Source: Leucoraja erinacea (lineage: Eukaryota). From it: DNA of 64,000 nt. The position numbers and the translations under genes were made by a program. The stretch is from positions 18,476,001 to 18,540,000 of the forward strand of contig NC_073407.1 of the NCBI RefSeq assembly GCF_028641065.1. The letters are read 5' to 3'. The notes below the pieces were generated by a model, which was given only the letters and a program-made list of their open reading frames with translations, was not told the DNA's origin and made no database searches. Position 1 is the stretch's first letter. Each line of letters starts with the position of its first letter. Positions 40,385 through 52,593 of the stretch are shown one piece after another.

Positions 40385-41130
40385 AATTTCAAGCACAGGG
40401 CAGGCTAAACAACTAATTCCATTTCATTAAGGGCTAACAAATCATTTACTGCAAGCATATTAAGGGTTAACACATCATCATTCATTGCAAGCACATTGAT
40501 GGCTAACAAATCATTTATTGCAAGCACATTAAGGGTTAACAAATCATCATTCATTGCAAGCACATTGCTGGCTAACAAATAATTTATTGCAAGCACATTA
40601 AGGGTTAACAAATTATTCATTGCAAGCACATTGCTGGCTAACAAATCATTTATTGCAAGCACATTAAGGGTTAACAAATCATCATTCATTGAAAGCACAT
40701 TGGTGGCAAACAAATCGTTTATTGCAAGCACATAAAAGGTTAACCACATAAAGCACATAACCACATCATGCACATAACCACATAAACCACATAAAGGGTA
40801 GACTCACAGTTCAGTAGACGCACAGTTCAGTAGACTCACAGTTCAGTAGACTCACAGTTCAGTAGACTCACAGTTCAGTAGACACAGTTCAGTAGACACA
40901 GTTCAGGCGACTCACAGTTCAGAAGACTCACAGCAGAATCAGAGTTGTGGCCTCTCCCTTGCAATCTTTCAGAGTGACTGACTCATGTCCAGGCATCCGG
41001 GGTTTTATAGTCCTGCCCTCCCCCCGGAAGGGGCATTCCTTCATCATGGTGATTGACAGGCGAGAGGACCAATCAGCTGAATTCTAGATTTTTTAAACAC
41101 TCATAACTTTTTTATTTTTCATCGATAGGA
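40385..41130 (-). mobile_element. Helitron-family internal fragment with minisatellites
   Basis: 40940-41128 is homologous to 25380-25560; 30-33 bp array attgcaagcacatt(aa/gct)gg(g/c)taacaaatc at 40420-40745; 14-16 bp array agactcacagttcagt at 40800-40932. Confidence 0.7.
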
Positions 41131-41704
41131 AACAAAGGAAGATTGTTTTTCTGACTGCAGGGCAAAATATCTCATGGGGTTTCCCAGGGGCTGGTACTAA
41201 GACCATTCCTCTTCTTAATATACGGATTGTTTGGCCTTTCTGTGGAGGCAAATACAACTGTCGTTTTCAAAAGAGAGCTTGATAAAGGAAATATTGCAGG
41301 GTAATGGGGTGAGGTGGGTGAGTGGGATTAGCCAGACCGCATTTTGTTTGAAATAGTATGAACATGTTGGACTCCTTCCATGCTGCCGTTGTTCTGTGAT
41401 ATTTTCCTAGAAATTCATTGTTACTAGAAAACATGCGCACACACACACAATGTATGAGGGTCCAATTCCAGAATGACTAGGTGTTGTTCGCATCTGATAT
41501 TTGTGCATGCAAATCATTATCACTACTGCAGCGTCCAACAATTCCCATCTGTGCTTTTAGGCATATTGGCGCAGAGTCATATGGTGTAATTTTTTTGGAA
41601 ATACTGGCACCAATGTACACTACATATCACCAATTAAAGTTGCGACTTCACCTCTTAAAAGATATGATCCTTGCATCCACTGATTGCTGGAAGTAATCAT
41701 GTAG

Positions 41705-41910
41705 CTTGGAGTCATGTCATTGAGCTGTACAGCATGTATACAGGCCCTTAGGCCCAAATTATCCATGCCGACCAAGTGTGTATTCTGGCCATTTACCTGC
41801 TTTTGGTCCATATCCCTCGAAATCTTTCCTATCCACATATCTGTCCAAAAATAATTTGAAAGTCGTAAAGTGTATTTACTTCTATGCCTTCCTCAAGACC
41901 TATTCCAGAT
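41705..41910 (-). mobile_element. CR1 3' end
   Basis: Same tail as 8340-8500 and 13365-13560. Confidence 0.7.
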
Positions 41911-42162
41911 ACGGATTGCCTACTATGGTTCTATCACAGAGACCATCCTCAATGATGTGCATATATCATTGATGTAATTAGGATGTTTAGTTGCAATCCT
42001 CTTCTCATATCCCATTTCCCTCCTATTGTGCAATATTTTCTGATTAACAAAATGTGTTCTCATCACCCACCCCCAACTTTCTCCATAATTCACAAATCAT
42101 TGGGCCTTCTCCCTTCAGAAAACAAGGAATTCTCACCAGTTTAAGCCTCATCACTAGTTACC

Positions 42163-42800
42163 GGGTGGCGCCAGCAATAGCTGCCTTGCCAACAGTCTGT
42201 TTGTCCCTTCTTTTGTTGTTTGTTTGTGCGTTAAATGTATGTTTTAGTGTTCTTTAGCTTGTTTTATGTGGGGGTGGGGAGAGGGGGGAGTTGGGGGAAA
42301 CTTTGTTTTATGTGGGGGGTGAGGGGAGTTGGGGAAAGCTTTTTCTAATCTCGTATTCGACGGAGATGCGATTTTCCTCCATATCGTATCATCGTCCGCA
42401 CTGCGGCCTAACATCGTGGAGTTGGCGGCCTTTGCTGGAGACCGACTTCGAGAGCTCCACTGCGGGAGCCTGCGGACTTTAACATCGTGGAGTCGGTTAG
42501 AGACCGACTTCGGGAACTCCAAGCCGCAGGAGCTTCGATCGCCCGACACGGGAGTATCGATCGCCCCAACTGTGGATGGTTCGATTACCTCAACCGCGGG
42601 AGAATAAAAGAGGAAGAAGATTAGACTTTATTGGCTTCCATCACAGTGAAGAACGTGGGGAATCTGCTGTGGTGGATGTTTATGTTAACGTTTATGCAGT
42701 TGTGTGGCTTGTTGCTTTTTTTTTAGTATGGCTGTTTGGTAATTCGAATTTCACCATACCATAATTGGTACATGTGACAATAAACTGACCTTGAAACCTC
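42163..42800 (+). mobile_element. Non-coding retroposon, same family as 29950-30768
   Basis: ggcgcc..gctgc head, GT-rich tract, aacatcgtggag repeats, tccatcacagtga hairpin, tgacaataaa end. Confidence 0.7.
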
Positions 42801-44459
42801 ATTGTTGAGCTGCAAGGGATTGCACAACTGTTCCATGACTTCAGTGAGTCGCTCTTTGCCACCATCTCACGCAGTGGCACCCTGCCTTTAGTGGAAGGTT
42901 GATGATTTGATGATAGCAAGATTTGTACTATGTATTGTCATTGGGTCAAAGTACCTTACACAAGGGCAGGGACAAGGGCTACACAGAAGTTAGCTCCTGA
43001 GTTGTAAATTGCATACATAGTCCAGAGGGCGCAAGTGATCTCATTGTTGGGACAGCAGACAGAAGATGCAAGGAGCGTCTGATCTGCATGAAGGTCTATG
43101 TAGAAAATCAAGGCACATGGAGCGTTCAGACTCCAATTTGCACTCGGTTTTGAAGAGAGTTTGGAGCCCACCCTTTCCCAAGTGGCTAGCTTCCCTATCT
43201 TCAGTTAATCTACAGACCTACTGTAACATTTTGGATTTAAAGGTTGAACTCTCAGCTTCCATTACAGCACTAACAAATGCCACCCATTATATTTTTTTGT
43301 AGAACTCCTGGCATCTGCTAAGCAAGCTCAGATGATAGTCACAGTTTGGAGGAAAATTAAACTTTTAGGTTAAAGGTTTCAGGACTCATTGTTCAAGAAT
43401 ACTGAACCTGTAAGGTTTAGCTGAAGGCTAAACTATTGGATAAGAATTTTTCTTCACTGCATGAAGTGAAACCAATCTGTGTGTACTTTGATCGTTATAT
43501 CGGTGTCATGTGGACAATAAGAGAAAATTATGAAAATTTGTCCAAAAAAGGATAGTGTAGACTTTAGGTCCTTCCCAAATCACGATTAGTGAAAGGCTGT
43601 TAAAGGAAGCCAAACTAGTTAAACCGAGAAGAAGTGGGATTATGTATGGCTGATTATTAAGAGATGCTTGATTTGCCTATGATGTTTGCATGTTGCATGG
43701 TTATAAGGTTCTCTTATAACCTCTTCATAAATTATCCTGTTAGATTAACCTCTTCATAAACCCATATTCTTTTCTCATGCCATCCATGATGTTTTAATCA
43801 GGAATTTAAATCAAATTATTTGATGAAAGCAAGATTAGGTGGAAACAAATATCCTTTTGCAAAATGTCAAGGGCAATTACAGCCTGGTGCAACAACCGTG
43901 TCCTCTGCTGATACCAACAGAAAAACATATTTTCAATGCAGCTGCTAGCGCTATAACATCTTTGGTGCAGCTGTGACAGCAGAAATGTTCTACATTGATG
44001 CCGGTAATGGTAAATATATTTCTTTATGCATTTGCCAATGACATAAATATCCTATTAAGCAATGCCAATAGTAGAATTCTAATTCTGTGTTCTTGAAGAA
44101 AAAAGTGGCACCAAAGTGACATTTTTCATCTGTATCTCCAGAACAATATGGTTGCCAAAAATAGAAACATCTTTCAGCTGTTTCTAGAAGAATGTGCCTG
44201 CCAGAAACCGAGATGGTTTTCATCTATATTTCCATATAAATATAGCTGCCAACAGTTGAAGCATCCTTCAGTGTTTTCATTCTGAAGGTTGCCGAATGCA
44301 GAGATGCCCTTTAGTATTGTTTTTAGAAGACTTAATAATACTGGCTCTATGCATCCTGTTTTTTAGCAGATGATATCTTCCAGCATTAGAGATTCTGAAT
44401 ACAATTTCTAGAATATAGCTGCCAACAGAATCTTTTAGTTCTACATCTTTTATTCTTCC

Positions 44460-44903
44460 CTTCCCTCCCGTACCACCCCCTCCCCGGGCACTTTCCGTTG
44501 CAACCGCAAGAACTGCAACACCTGTTCCTTCACCTCCCCCCTCGACTCCATTCAAGGACCCAAGCAGTCGTTCCAGGTGCGACAAAGGTTCACCTGTATC
44601 TCCTCCAACCTCATCTACTGCATCCGCTGCTCTAGATGTCAGTTGATTTACATCGGGGAGACTAAGCGGAGGTTGGGCGATCGTTTCGCCGAACACCTCC
44701 GCTCAGTCCGCAATAACCTACCTGAACTCCCGGTGGCTCAGCACTTCAACTCCCCCTCCCATTCCCAATCCGACCTCTCTGTCCTGGGTCTCCTCCATTG
44801 CCAGAGTGAGCAACACCGGAAATTGGAGGAACAGCACCTCATATTCCGCCTGGGTTGCTTGCGTCCGGATGGCATGAACGTTGAATTCTCCCAGTTTTGC
44901 TAG
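44460..44903 (+). pseudogene. PLE ORF C-terminus: Cys-rich linker plus GIY-YIG endonuclease (open frame, no start codon)
   Basis: GTFRCNRKNCNTC linker; NLIYCIRCSRCQLIYIGET.R.L..RF.EH...AQHF...G.N. Confidence 0.92.
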
Positions 44904-45016
44904 CCCTTGCTGTCTCCTCCCCTTCCTTAACCCTCGAGCTGTCTCCTCCCCTCCCCCCGCCCTCGGGCTCCTCCTCCTCCCTTTTTCCTTCCTTCTCCCC
45001 TCCACCCCCCATCAGT

Positions 45017-45044
45017 CTGAAGAAGGATTTCGGCCCGAAACGTC
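45017..45044 (+). ncRNA. Minimal type-I hammerhead-ribozyme-like motif in the PLE terminal repeat
   Basis: CUGAAGA-A-GGAUUUCGGCCC-GAAA-CG-UC; stem II imperfect in this copy and stem I weak; PLEs are known to carry minimal hammerhead motifs. Confidence 0.6.
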
Positions 45045-45369
45045 GCCTATTTCCTTCGCTCCATAGATGCTGCTGCACCCGCTGAGTTTCTCCAGCATTT
45101 TTGTGTACCTTTGATCTTCCAGCATCTGCAGTTCCTTCTTGAATCTTTTAGTTTGTTTCCTGAAAATTACAATTGTTGACAATTAGTGATTTTTTTTCTT
45201 GAAGAATGATTATGCTTCCAGAAGATGCATATTTCAGTACCTTATCTTCCACTTGAAATGGATGCCATATTTGGTCCTTCCTAACTACTCAAGACAAATC
45301 TTGTGCAAACAACAGAAGAAAGATTATAGCGAGAAACACAAAACTGTAGCTGGTGGAATCAGGAGTGAT

Positions 45370-45800
45370 AAATAAACTGCTGAAAGAACTTAGCAGGCCA
45401 AACAACATATGTGGAGGCAAAGTGATGGTAGACATTCTGGTTGAGACCCTGTATCAGGACGGAGTGTAGAAGGAAGATAGCTGGTATATAGAATTGAGAA
45501 GGAGGGGTGAGACAGGCTGGGAGGTGATGGTGCAAGCAGATTGTGGAGCAGGGTGGAGAATAATGAACAGATGGAGTCAGATTGGTGAGGGGGAGTGTTG
45601 AGTCAGAGGCTGGTAGAATGACAGATGGAAACATAGTAAAAGAGAATTAAGGGAGTTGAAATGACGTACATTGAACATTCCAGTTGCATATCATTTCAAC
45701 TCCGCTTCTCAATCATACACCAACTTGTCTGTCCTTGGCCTTTTTCACAGTCCCACTAGCAAACTGTAGAAACAGTATGTAAGTTTCTGCTTGGGGTATG
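45370..45800. mobile_element. Old PLE fragments (minus-strand terminus and plus-strand GIY-YIG remnant)
   Basis: Reverse complement ctgatacagggtctcaaccagaatgtc; ccagttgcatatcatttcaactcc encodes PVAYHFNS. Confidence 0.65.
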
Positions 45801-46067
45801 TCAAGGTGAGGTGGCCCGCCCATTTTGTGGTCCTTTCCCTCTCCTACCAGTCCACTGAGCGTCTCTCTCCTATATTCCCCCTTTTCACCTCCTTCCTCGT
45901 TATCTGGATTGATCACCCTCTCCCATCTGATTTCATCTGCCCATCACATACTTATATATCTGAGTTTCTTCTCCATTGGTTCTCCTTTCCTATCCTTTTC
46001 CCACCCACCTGATTTCCTCTGCCCATCATCTCACCCTTATCTGGTTTCATGTATCACCCAAGAATGA

Positions 46068-46400
46068 AGGACCTTCCCATCATCGACGGGATATGCAGGA
46101 AGTGTTGCCTCAAGAAGGCAGCTAATATCACTAAAGACCCACACACCCTGCCCACGCTCTCATCTCCCTGCAACCACTAAGAAGAAAGTTCAGGAGGCTG
46201 AGAACCATTATCTCAACATTCAACCATTAGGCTATTGAACCACAATGTACGACCTTAACCATAACTGTACGTCAGTCCCCAACTACTATGGACTTTGTAT
46301 AAGAGTTACACAATGTACTTTGTATAAGAGTTACACAATGTACTTTGGCTTGAAATGTTATTATCTCGTTTCCTAGTATAACAGATAATTTATTGTTTAT
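46068..46400 (+). mobile_element. Old Rex1 3' fragment
   Basis: LPIIDGICRKCCLKKAANITKDPTHPAH reading; 25-bp tandem duplication at about 46292-46345. Confidence 0.7.
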
Positions 46401-47459
46401 TGTATATTCTACTTTCCCTTGCTCCACTCATGCCTAGCTCCATCTGCCATTATTAAAAAAATTATTCTTATGTTTCCACCCGTCACCTACCAGCCTTTAC
46501 CTCACCCTTCCCTCTCACTTCTATATACTGGCTATCTTCCCTTTGCACTCTCAGCACTTATGAAAGGTCTTCACCTGAAACATCGACCATCCCAGTGTCA
46601 CTGCTGTTGCTGCCTGACCCGCTGAGTTCTCCCGGTGGTTTATTTTTTGCTTATAACGACTAACTTGACACTGCTATCTCAGTCTACTATTAGTAATTTG
46701 TAGACACAAGTGGCTACAGATGTTGGAATATTTTGCAAAAAAACTTAGGAAGAAATCAGCAAGTCAGGCAGCTTCTGTAAAGGTAAATGGACAGACTATG
46801 TTTCAGGACCTTTCTCAGACTATAATTTGCACATTAATTAACCATGTCACTACAAGGAGTTAATGTATTTACGAGAACATTTGTGAAACATTCATTATAA
46901 TGAAACTGACCATAACAATTCTTTTAGTTAACTATTTGAATATACTTAATTCTAATGTTGCTGAATATAATTTTTCAGAAGTTAGTTTTGGGACCCCAAT
47001 TCTACTTATTTTCCATCAAAATATATGCAAAAGATGGTGAGAGCATTTGTGTTGTTTTTTCCCCCCCATCTGCACTGAAGTAAAACATTTAATGCAAAAT
47101 TGCATATTATAGTTGTAACTACTCCATTAATAGTTGCCTGCAGTTGGAACATTTTTCCATTTTTTGGCTTGACTGCATATTTTAGGATTATCCTCTATTT
47201 TGGGTGCAAGTTGGGTGAACTTTAAGCTGACTGAAAATTTCTGGTTACTGGCAAATTTTCAATTTAACACACAATGAAAATGTGTTTGAGATTCCCTTCA
47301 AAGGCTGCTCTCTTGTTTATAGGAGAGTAGATAAAAAAGTGCAAAAGAGTAAATGCCAAGGACCAAGGATGGACTCCTACAGTAATACTTCCATATCGGG
47401 CAGATAGACCATGGTACATAAAGGGCCACACACCTATTGTTAAATAAGAAAGAAATCTG

Positions 47460-48730
47460 GATGTCAGCTCTGCATATTAATCTTAAATATTAAAGCCGTA
47501 ATGCCCGACCCCACCAATTTCAAAACCCGCTGTAATTTCATTTCTTGTGCACGTACTGCAATGCCCAAATAGCCCCGTATTACATTATTCACTGCTGGGA
47601 CAGCTAGCAGTGCGCAATTCTGCGGGGTTTCATAATTTTTGACAGTCTCATCCATGGTCAGTTGCTGGAGCTGGTGGGAGAGCAAGTAATTTATTATCAT
47701 TGCTAATTCATCTCCCAATGGTTCCCCTGTTAGTCTGGGAACAGCAAGGTTTTGTGCCAGACCTGGTATTTTAGGCTGTTATTGGGCTCTGGTCTTCATA
47801 TGATTCATCATCTGAATCTTGCTGCCCCATAAAATAGTCCTCCTCATGGTGGGGGCGATCTGGCATCCCTGCTTCAGGTGTTTCTAGCGCTGGCTCTCCC
47901 ATAGGCCCACGCATAGTAAACCCTTTTTCAGGTGCTCCCCGCGTGGGCTCTCCTGTAGGCCCACGCATAGGCAGTCCTCTTTCAGGTGCTGCTGGTGCTG
48001 GCTCTGCTGTAGGCCAACGTCTATACTGTCTTCCTTCAGACATTGCTGGCGCTGGCTCTCCTGTAGGCCAATGCATAAACTGCCCTTGGCCAATTCACTG
48101 CCCTTGTTCAGGCATTGCTGGCGCTGGCTCTCCTGTAGGCCAATGCTGAGCCGGACCTTTCCCAGGCATTCCCTGCACTGGCTCTCCCCTAGGCCAATGC
48201 GGGCTGTACTCTTCCTGGAGTGGGTCCTGATAAATCATTTTCCCCATCAGGAATTCTAGGTTTGCGACTCGAGTAGACATCATGTCTGCCTGAGGCGGGG
48301 TAACCTCCGGGTCTGACTCCTCAGAGTCTACTGGCCGAACAGATTTTTTCTTGGCCTTGCACCCTAAAGGTGTTGCAATGGTACTTTGAGTTATCGCTTC
48401 TGTAGTCGCTGGCTTTGCTGCCACCGACTCCTTAATCGGGCGCCCGCTACTCACAGACCCGTGTTCCTCTCAAATTTTACCTGCGGTACGCCTCCCCTTG
48501 CCTTTACGCACTTTCTCCACTCTTAAACTTGTCTGGCACACAGCACAAGTCTCCCGGCAGAAAGCAACCTGAAAGCGAAAGTGAAATCACTTACCTTCAG
48601 GCTTTTTACACTCACCGCCTGGAGGGGCTCTGCTCCTCTACAACCGGTCGCTGCTCTATGCGTCTGACGATATGACGCGTGTGCGGCTGGAAGGGGTCTT
48701 CTTCACGTAGTCAATCACGTGACTCTGTAA
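47460..48730 (-). mobile_element. DIRS1-like retrotransposon 5' fragment (left terminus plus decayed gag)
   Basis: Reverse complement of 48670-48727 matches the left end of the 55741 element (gagtcacgtga.tgactacgtgaagaag); gag-like ETPQNC.LL.VP.VN..I...L...R..E.KLQ in ORF 47464-47718. Confidence 0.85.
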
Positions 48731-49904
48731 TTTGGGTCAATCTCAAAGGTTTAGAAATCAGAAATACTCTCAACCTTAATTCTACTTATTCTCTCAAGGT
48801 TACAGCAGAAGACTTTGGTAACAAAATCCATGGGCTCTCCTGCATTTGCCTGCTCACCAATACCATCTTCATAACAGCTCAGGATTTAATCTATTTTTTT
48901 ATGACTCCAACACAGCAGCAGGACACAGTTCTATCCTGTGGCTTGTCCCACCAAAACCCAGTGCAGTAGTCAGCATACACATAGTCGGCCTGTTTGTTAA
49001 ACCATTGGATTTTTCCGGTCCAAACACACTCTATCAAAATAATTGGTGACCAAATACAATTGATTTCTTTTGGAGATGATTTATAGAATGAAAGTGGGGC
49101 ACGCATGCTATTTCAGTGCCCTTTAACTGAGGTATTTATTTGGATAATTAAAGGATAGTATAAATTAACCAGCTTTTTATTATCTGCATACTGTGTGCTA
49201 GTAATATTTGAAAATACATTAAGGCAGTCGATAAGGGCCTGTATCTCATGCCCTCACTCGACCTCTCCATTGCTTCTGATTTGCAATGCTGTTTTGACCA
49301 CATCCAACACTCTGCTGCATATTGTCCTATGCAAAATTATCCATCTGATCTTTCAGCCTAATCTCACTCATAGATGCAAAACTTTCAATGTAGGATCCTC
49401 ATACTTTTGTTTAACTCTCCTCAAGGCCTGAGCTATTTCCCATCTCTAATCTCAGATAACAGTCCAAGATCTTTTCAGTGTATTTTTCTAACATTATGCA
49501 TTTCAGTTTCTGTCTGCATTGATAACTGTCATTAGCTGCTTAAATCCACTGCCCTGGAATCACATTTCTACACCTCATTATTTTTAAGATACATCTTAAA
49601 ACCTATTTTTTTGATCAAACTAGATCACATGACTTGAAATCAGATTCCCTCTATTACAGGCATTGTATTGATATTGAGTATCAAACTGAAAAAAATAATC
49701 AGAATCAGACCTGATGCCGAGCCTGTTGGGTAAAAGTTCATTGGAGTGGGTTATGATGCCAACTGAAAATATAATTTTAAAAAGGTGTGAAATGCTAGCA
49801 CTCACATTTTTGTAATCTTGTATTACCTTAGAATCAAGAGATTTTTACTTTGTGTTGGACAAAATACATTTGTGTGTAGTTTTGCCAAGCACACTGAATA
49901 AGCA

Positions 49905-50126
49905 CAAAATGCTGCAGTAAGTCAGCCAGTCAGGCAGCATCTCTGTAGAAAACGAATAGGTGACGTTTTGGGTCGAAACCCTTCTTGATACTGGGTTCCG
50001 AGGAGTTTTGACCCAAAACATCACCTATTGCTTTTCTCGAGAGATGCCGATTGACCCGCTGAGTTACTCTAGTATTTTGTGTCTATCTTAGGTGTAAATC
50101 AGCATCTGCAGTTCCTTCTTAAATAA
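49905..50126. mobile_element. Head-to-head inverted PLE terminal-repeat pair
   Basis: About 75-bp inverted arms meeting at the hammerhead region; 10-bp TSD tgaataagca at 49895-49904 and 50127-50136. Confidence 0.85.
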
Positions 50127-50334
50127 TGAATAAGCATATGGTTTATGGGAGGTGCCATTCCAGCCACATTATTTTGGATGAAAACTTAGACCAATAGGAA
50201 TAAAAGCAACAGCTTTACAGTTAACAACTAGAATAAAGAACGGCCAGGCTTGTTGGAGGAGCAGATAAAAGTTTGCTCAGAGGTCTTAACGAGTCCACAA
50301 GATCTGTAGGCCAGGTAGCCTCTTCCTGGATCTT

Positions 50335-50660
50335 TGGCACAGATAGGGTAGACAGTTAAAACCTTTATCCCAGGGTGGAAATATCAAAAACAAAAGGACA
50401 TAACTTTAGGTGATAGATGGAAAGCTCAAAGGAGATGTGCGAGGCAAGTTTTTTTACATAGTCTGGTGGGTGCCTGGAAATGTGCTGCCGGTAGTGGTGG
50501 TGGAGGTTTGGTGACATTTTAAGAGGCTTTTAGATAGGCACATAAATGTGTAGGGTATGGAAGTGTATGGATCATTTGCAGGCAGATGAGATTAGTTTAG
50601 CTTGGCATTCTGGGCAGATTTTGTGGACCTGATCCTGTGCATTACTTTTCTATGCTCTGT
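50335..50660 (+). mobile_element. CR1 3' end
   Basis: Same tail as 31330-31500. Confidence 0.75.
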
Positions 50661-51538
50661 AAGCCCAGTTCATCCATTCTTTCATCATATGTCAGTCCCG
50701 CCTCCCCAGGAATTATCCTGGTGAACCTACGCTGCACTCCCTCAATAGCAAGGATGTCCTTCCTCAAATTAGGAGACTAAATCTGCACACAATACTCCAA
50801 GTGTGGTCTCACAAGGGTCCTGTACAACTGCTCCTAGACTCAAATCCTCTTGCTATGAAGGCCAACATGCCATTTGCATTCCTCACTGCCTGCTGTACTT
50901 TCAGTGACTTGATATACAAGGACACCCAGGTCTCATTGCACCTCCCCTTTTCCTAATCTGACACCATTCAGATAAAAATCTGCCTTCTTGTTCTTGCCAC
51001 AGAAGTGGTTAATCTCACATTCATCCACATAATACTGCACCTGCCATGCATCTGCCCACTCACCCAACCTATCCAAGTCACCCTGCAGCCTCATAGCATC
51101 CTCCTCGCAGATCACACTGCCACCTAGCTTGGTGTCATCCGCAAATTTGTAGATTTTATATTTAATTGTCTAAAACGTTAATATATATTGTAAATAACTG
51201 GGGTACCAACACTGAGCCTTGTGGCACCCCACTAGTTACCGCCTGCCATTTGAAAAGAACCCATTAATTCCTACTCTTTGCTTACTGTCTGCCAACCAGT
51301 TCTCTATCCATGTCAATACCCTACCCCCAATACCATGTGCTCTAGTTTTGCACACTAATCTCTTGTGTGGAATATTGTCAAAGGCATTTTGAAAGTCGAG
51401 ATACACCACATCCACTGGTTCTCCTTATCTATACTATTTGTTACATCCTCAAAAAATCCCAGAAGATTAGTCTAGGATGATTTCCCCTTCATAAATCCAT
51501 GCTGACTTTGACCAATCGAATCATTGCTTTCCAAATTT
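50661..51538 (-). mobile_element. CR1 RT fragment, related to 5385-6606
   Basis: RLQGDLDRLGEWADAWQ in ORF 50933-51115; colinear with about 5745-6600. Confidence 0.92.
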
Positions 51539-52543
51539 GCAAGGGTTCCATTCCTGAGAACTGTCCTTAAGCCGATTTCTCCGTTTGTCAGAACTGTCTG
51601 TTGTCCATAGCTACCCGAATCATATCACTCGACATACACTTGCTATAATTCTTTCAGTTCATTGAATTATCACCCAGACACTATCCCCCAAAAATTATTA
51701 TACTGTATCCAGCTATTAATGACTACCATGAAACATTTTATTATTCTTATTACTGGCTTGACAATGTTTTAAAATGTATTAAATAATTTGTGTAAAGTTG
51801 GATTTCTATATTTGGATTCTAATCCTTGAGATATACCAACAACCTTCAGCGAATGTATCTTTAACTCATAGTTAACTAATGCTGGCTAAAAATAGACCAT
51901 AATTTCCAACAGTTTGCTGTGAAGAACTGTGGGGCACAGTAATTAAGTTTTAAAATTGGTTACGAGCTGAAAGGAAATGCTGAAGAAGCAGGTCATGCAA
52001 ATATAAACAGGATGCAACTGGAATTTAACCATCTGTGTTCTCTGAACTCCTGTGGTGTGGCTGTGAACAACATTTACATCTCATAAGTACCAATGATGGT
52101 CCTACCAAAGCTGCGTTCAATCCTCCAAACGCACGTTAAAATGGTACATAACAGGAATAACTCCAGAGTAAAACCTGTTCACCAATTTTTCAAAATGCTG
52201 ATCAAACCAGATTATTCTCTATCAATCAAAGTTGCTGTGCTGATACAGATTCTTGTTTTTGACTGACCAGTGCTCAAACAGACAAAAAAGATAAAATTGT
52301 TATGATCATAGTGTGTGTGGGCCAGCAGAGATAGTGGTGTGGCTCCTCAATCAAATTGTTCTGATTATATTATGAGATAAGGAAGTTTTAGGGCAAAGTT
52401 TTAGGGCAAAGTTTTGAAACTTTCTAGGAGGGATGACTAGGACTGATTTCCTACACATATGGGAGTACTCTCCTCCGAATTATTAGCAGCATGAGCTATG
52501 CTAATAATCAGTGTGTTCAAAGGAGCAGGACATATGAGTAATA

Positions 52544-52558
52544 TCTATATACTTTTAA

Positions 52559-52593
<35 letters not shown>

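Larger units (their letters stand above)
44441..45140 (+). mobile_element. Young 5'-truncated Neptune-type Penelope-like element
   Basis: 13-bp TSD gaatcttttagtt at 44428-44440 and 45141-45153; contains intact GIY-YIG frame and terminal repeat. Confidence 0.93.

Noticed and set aside
40405-40773. Leucine-rich-repeat-like ORF (LNVLAINDLL)n and a CRISPR-like periodic look
   Set aside because: Translation of a 30-33 bp minisatellite; no unique spacers; eukaryotic context
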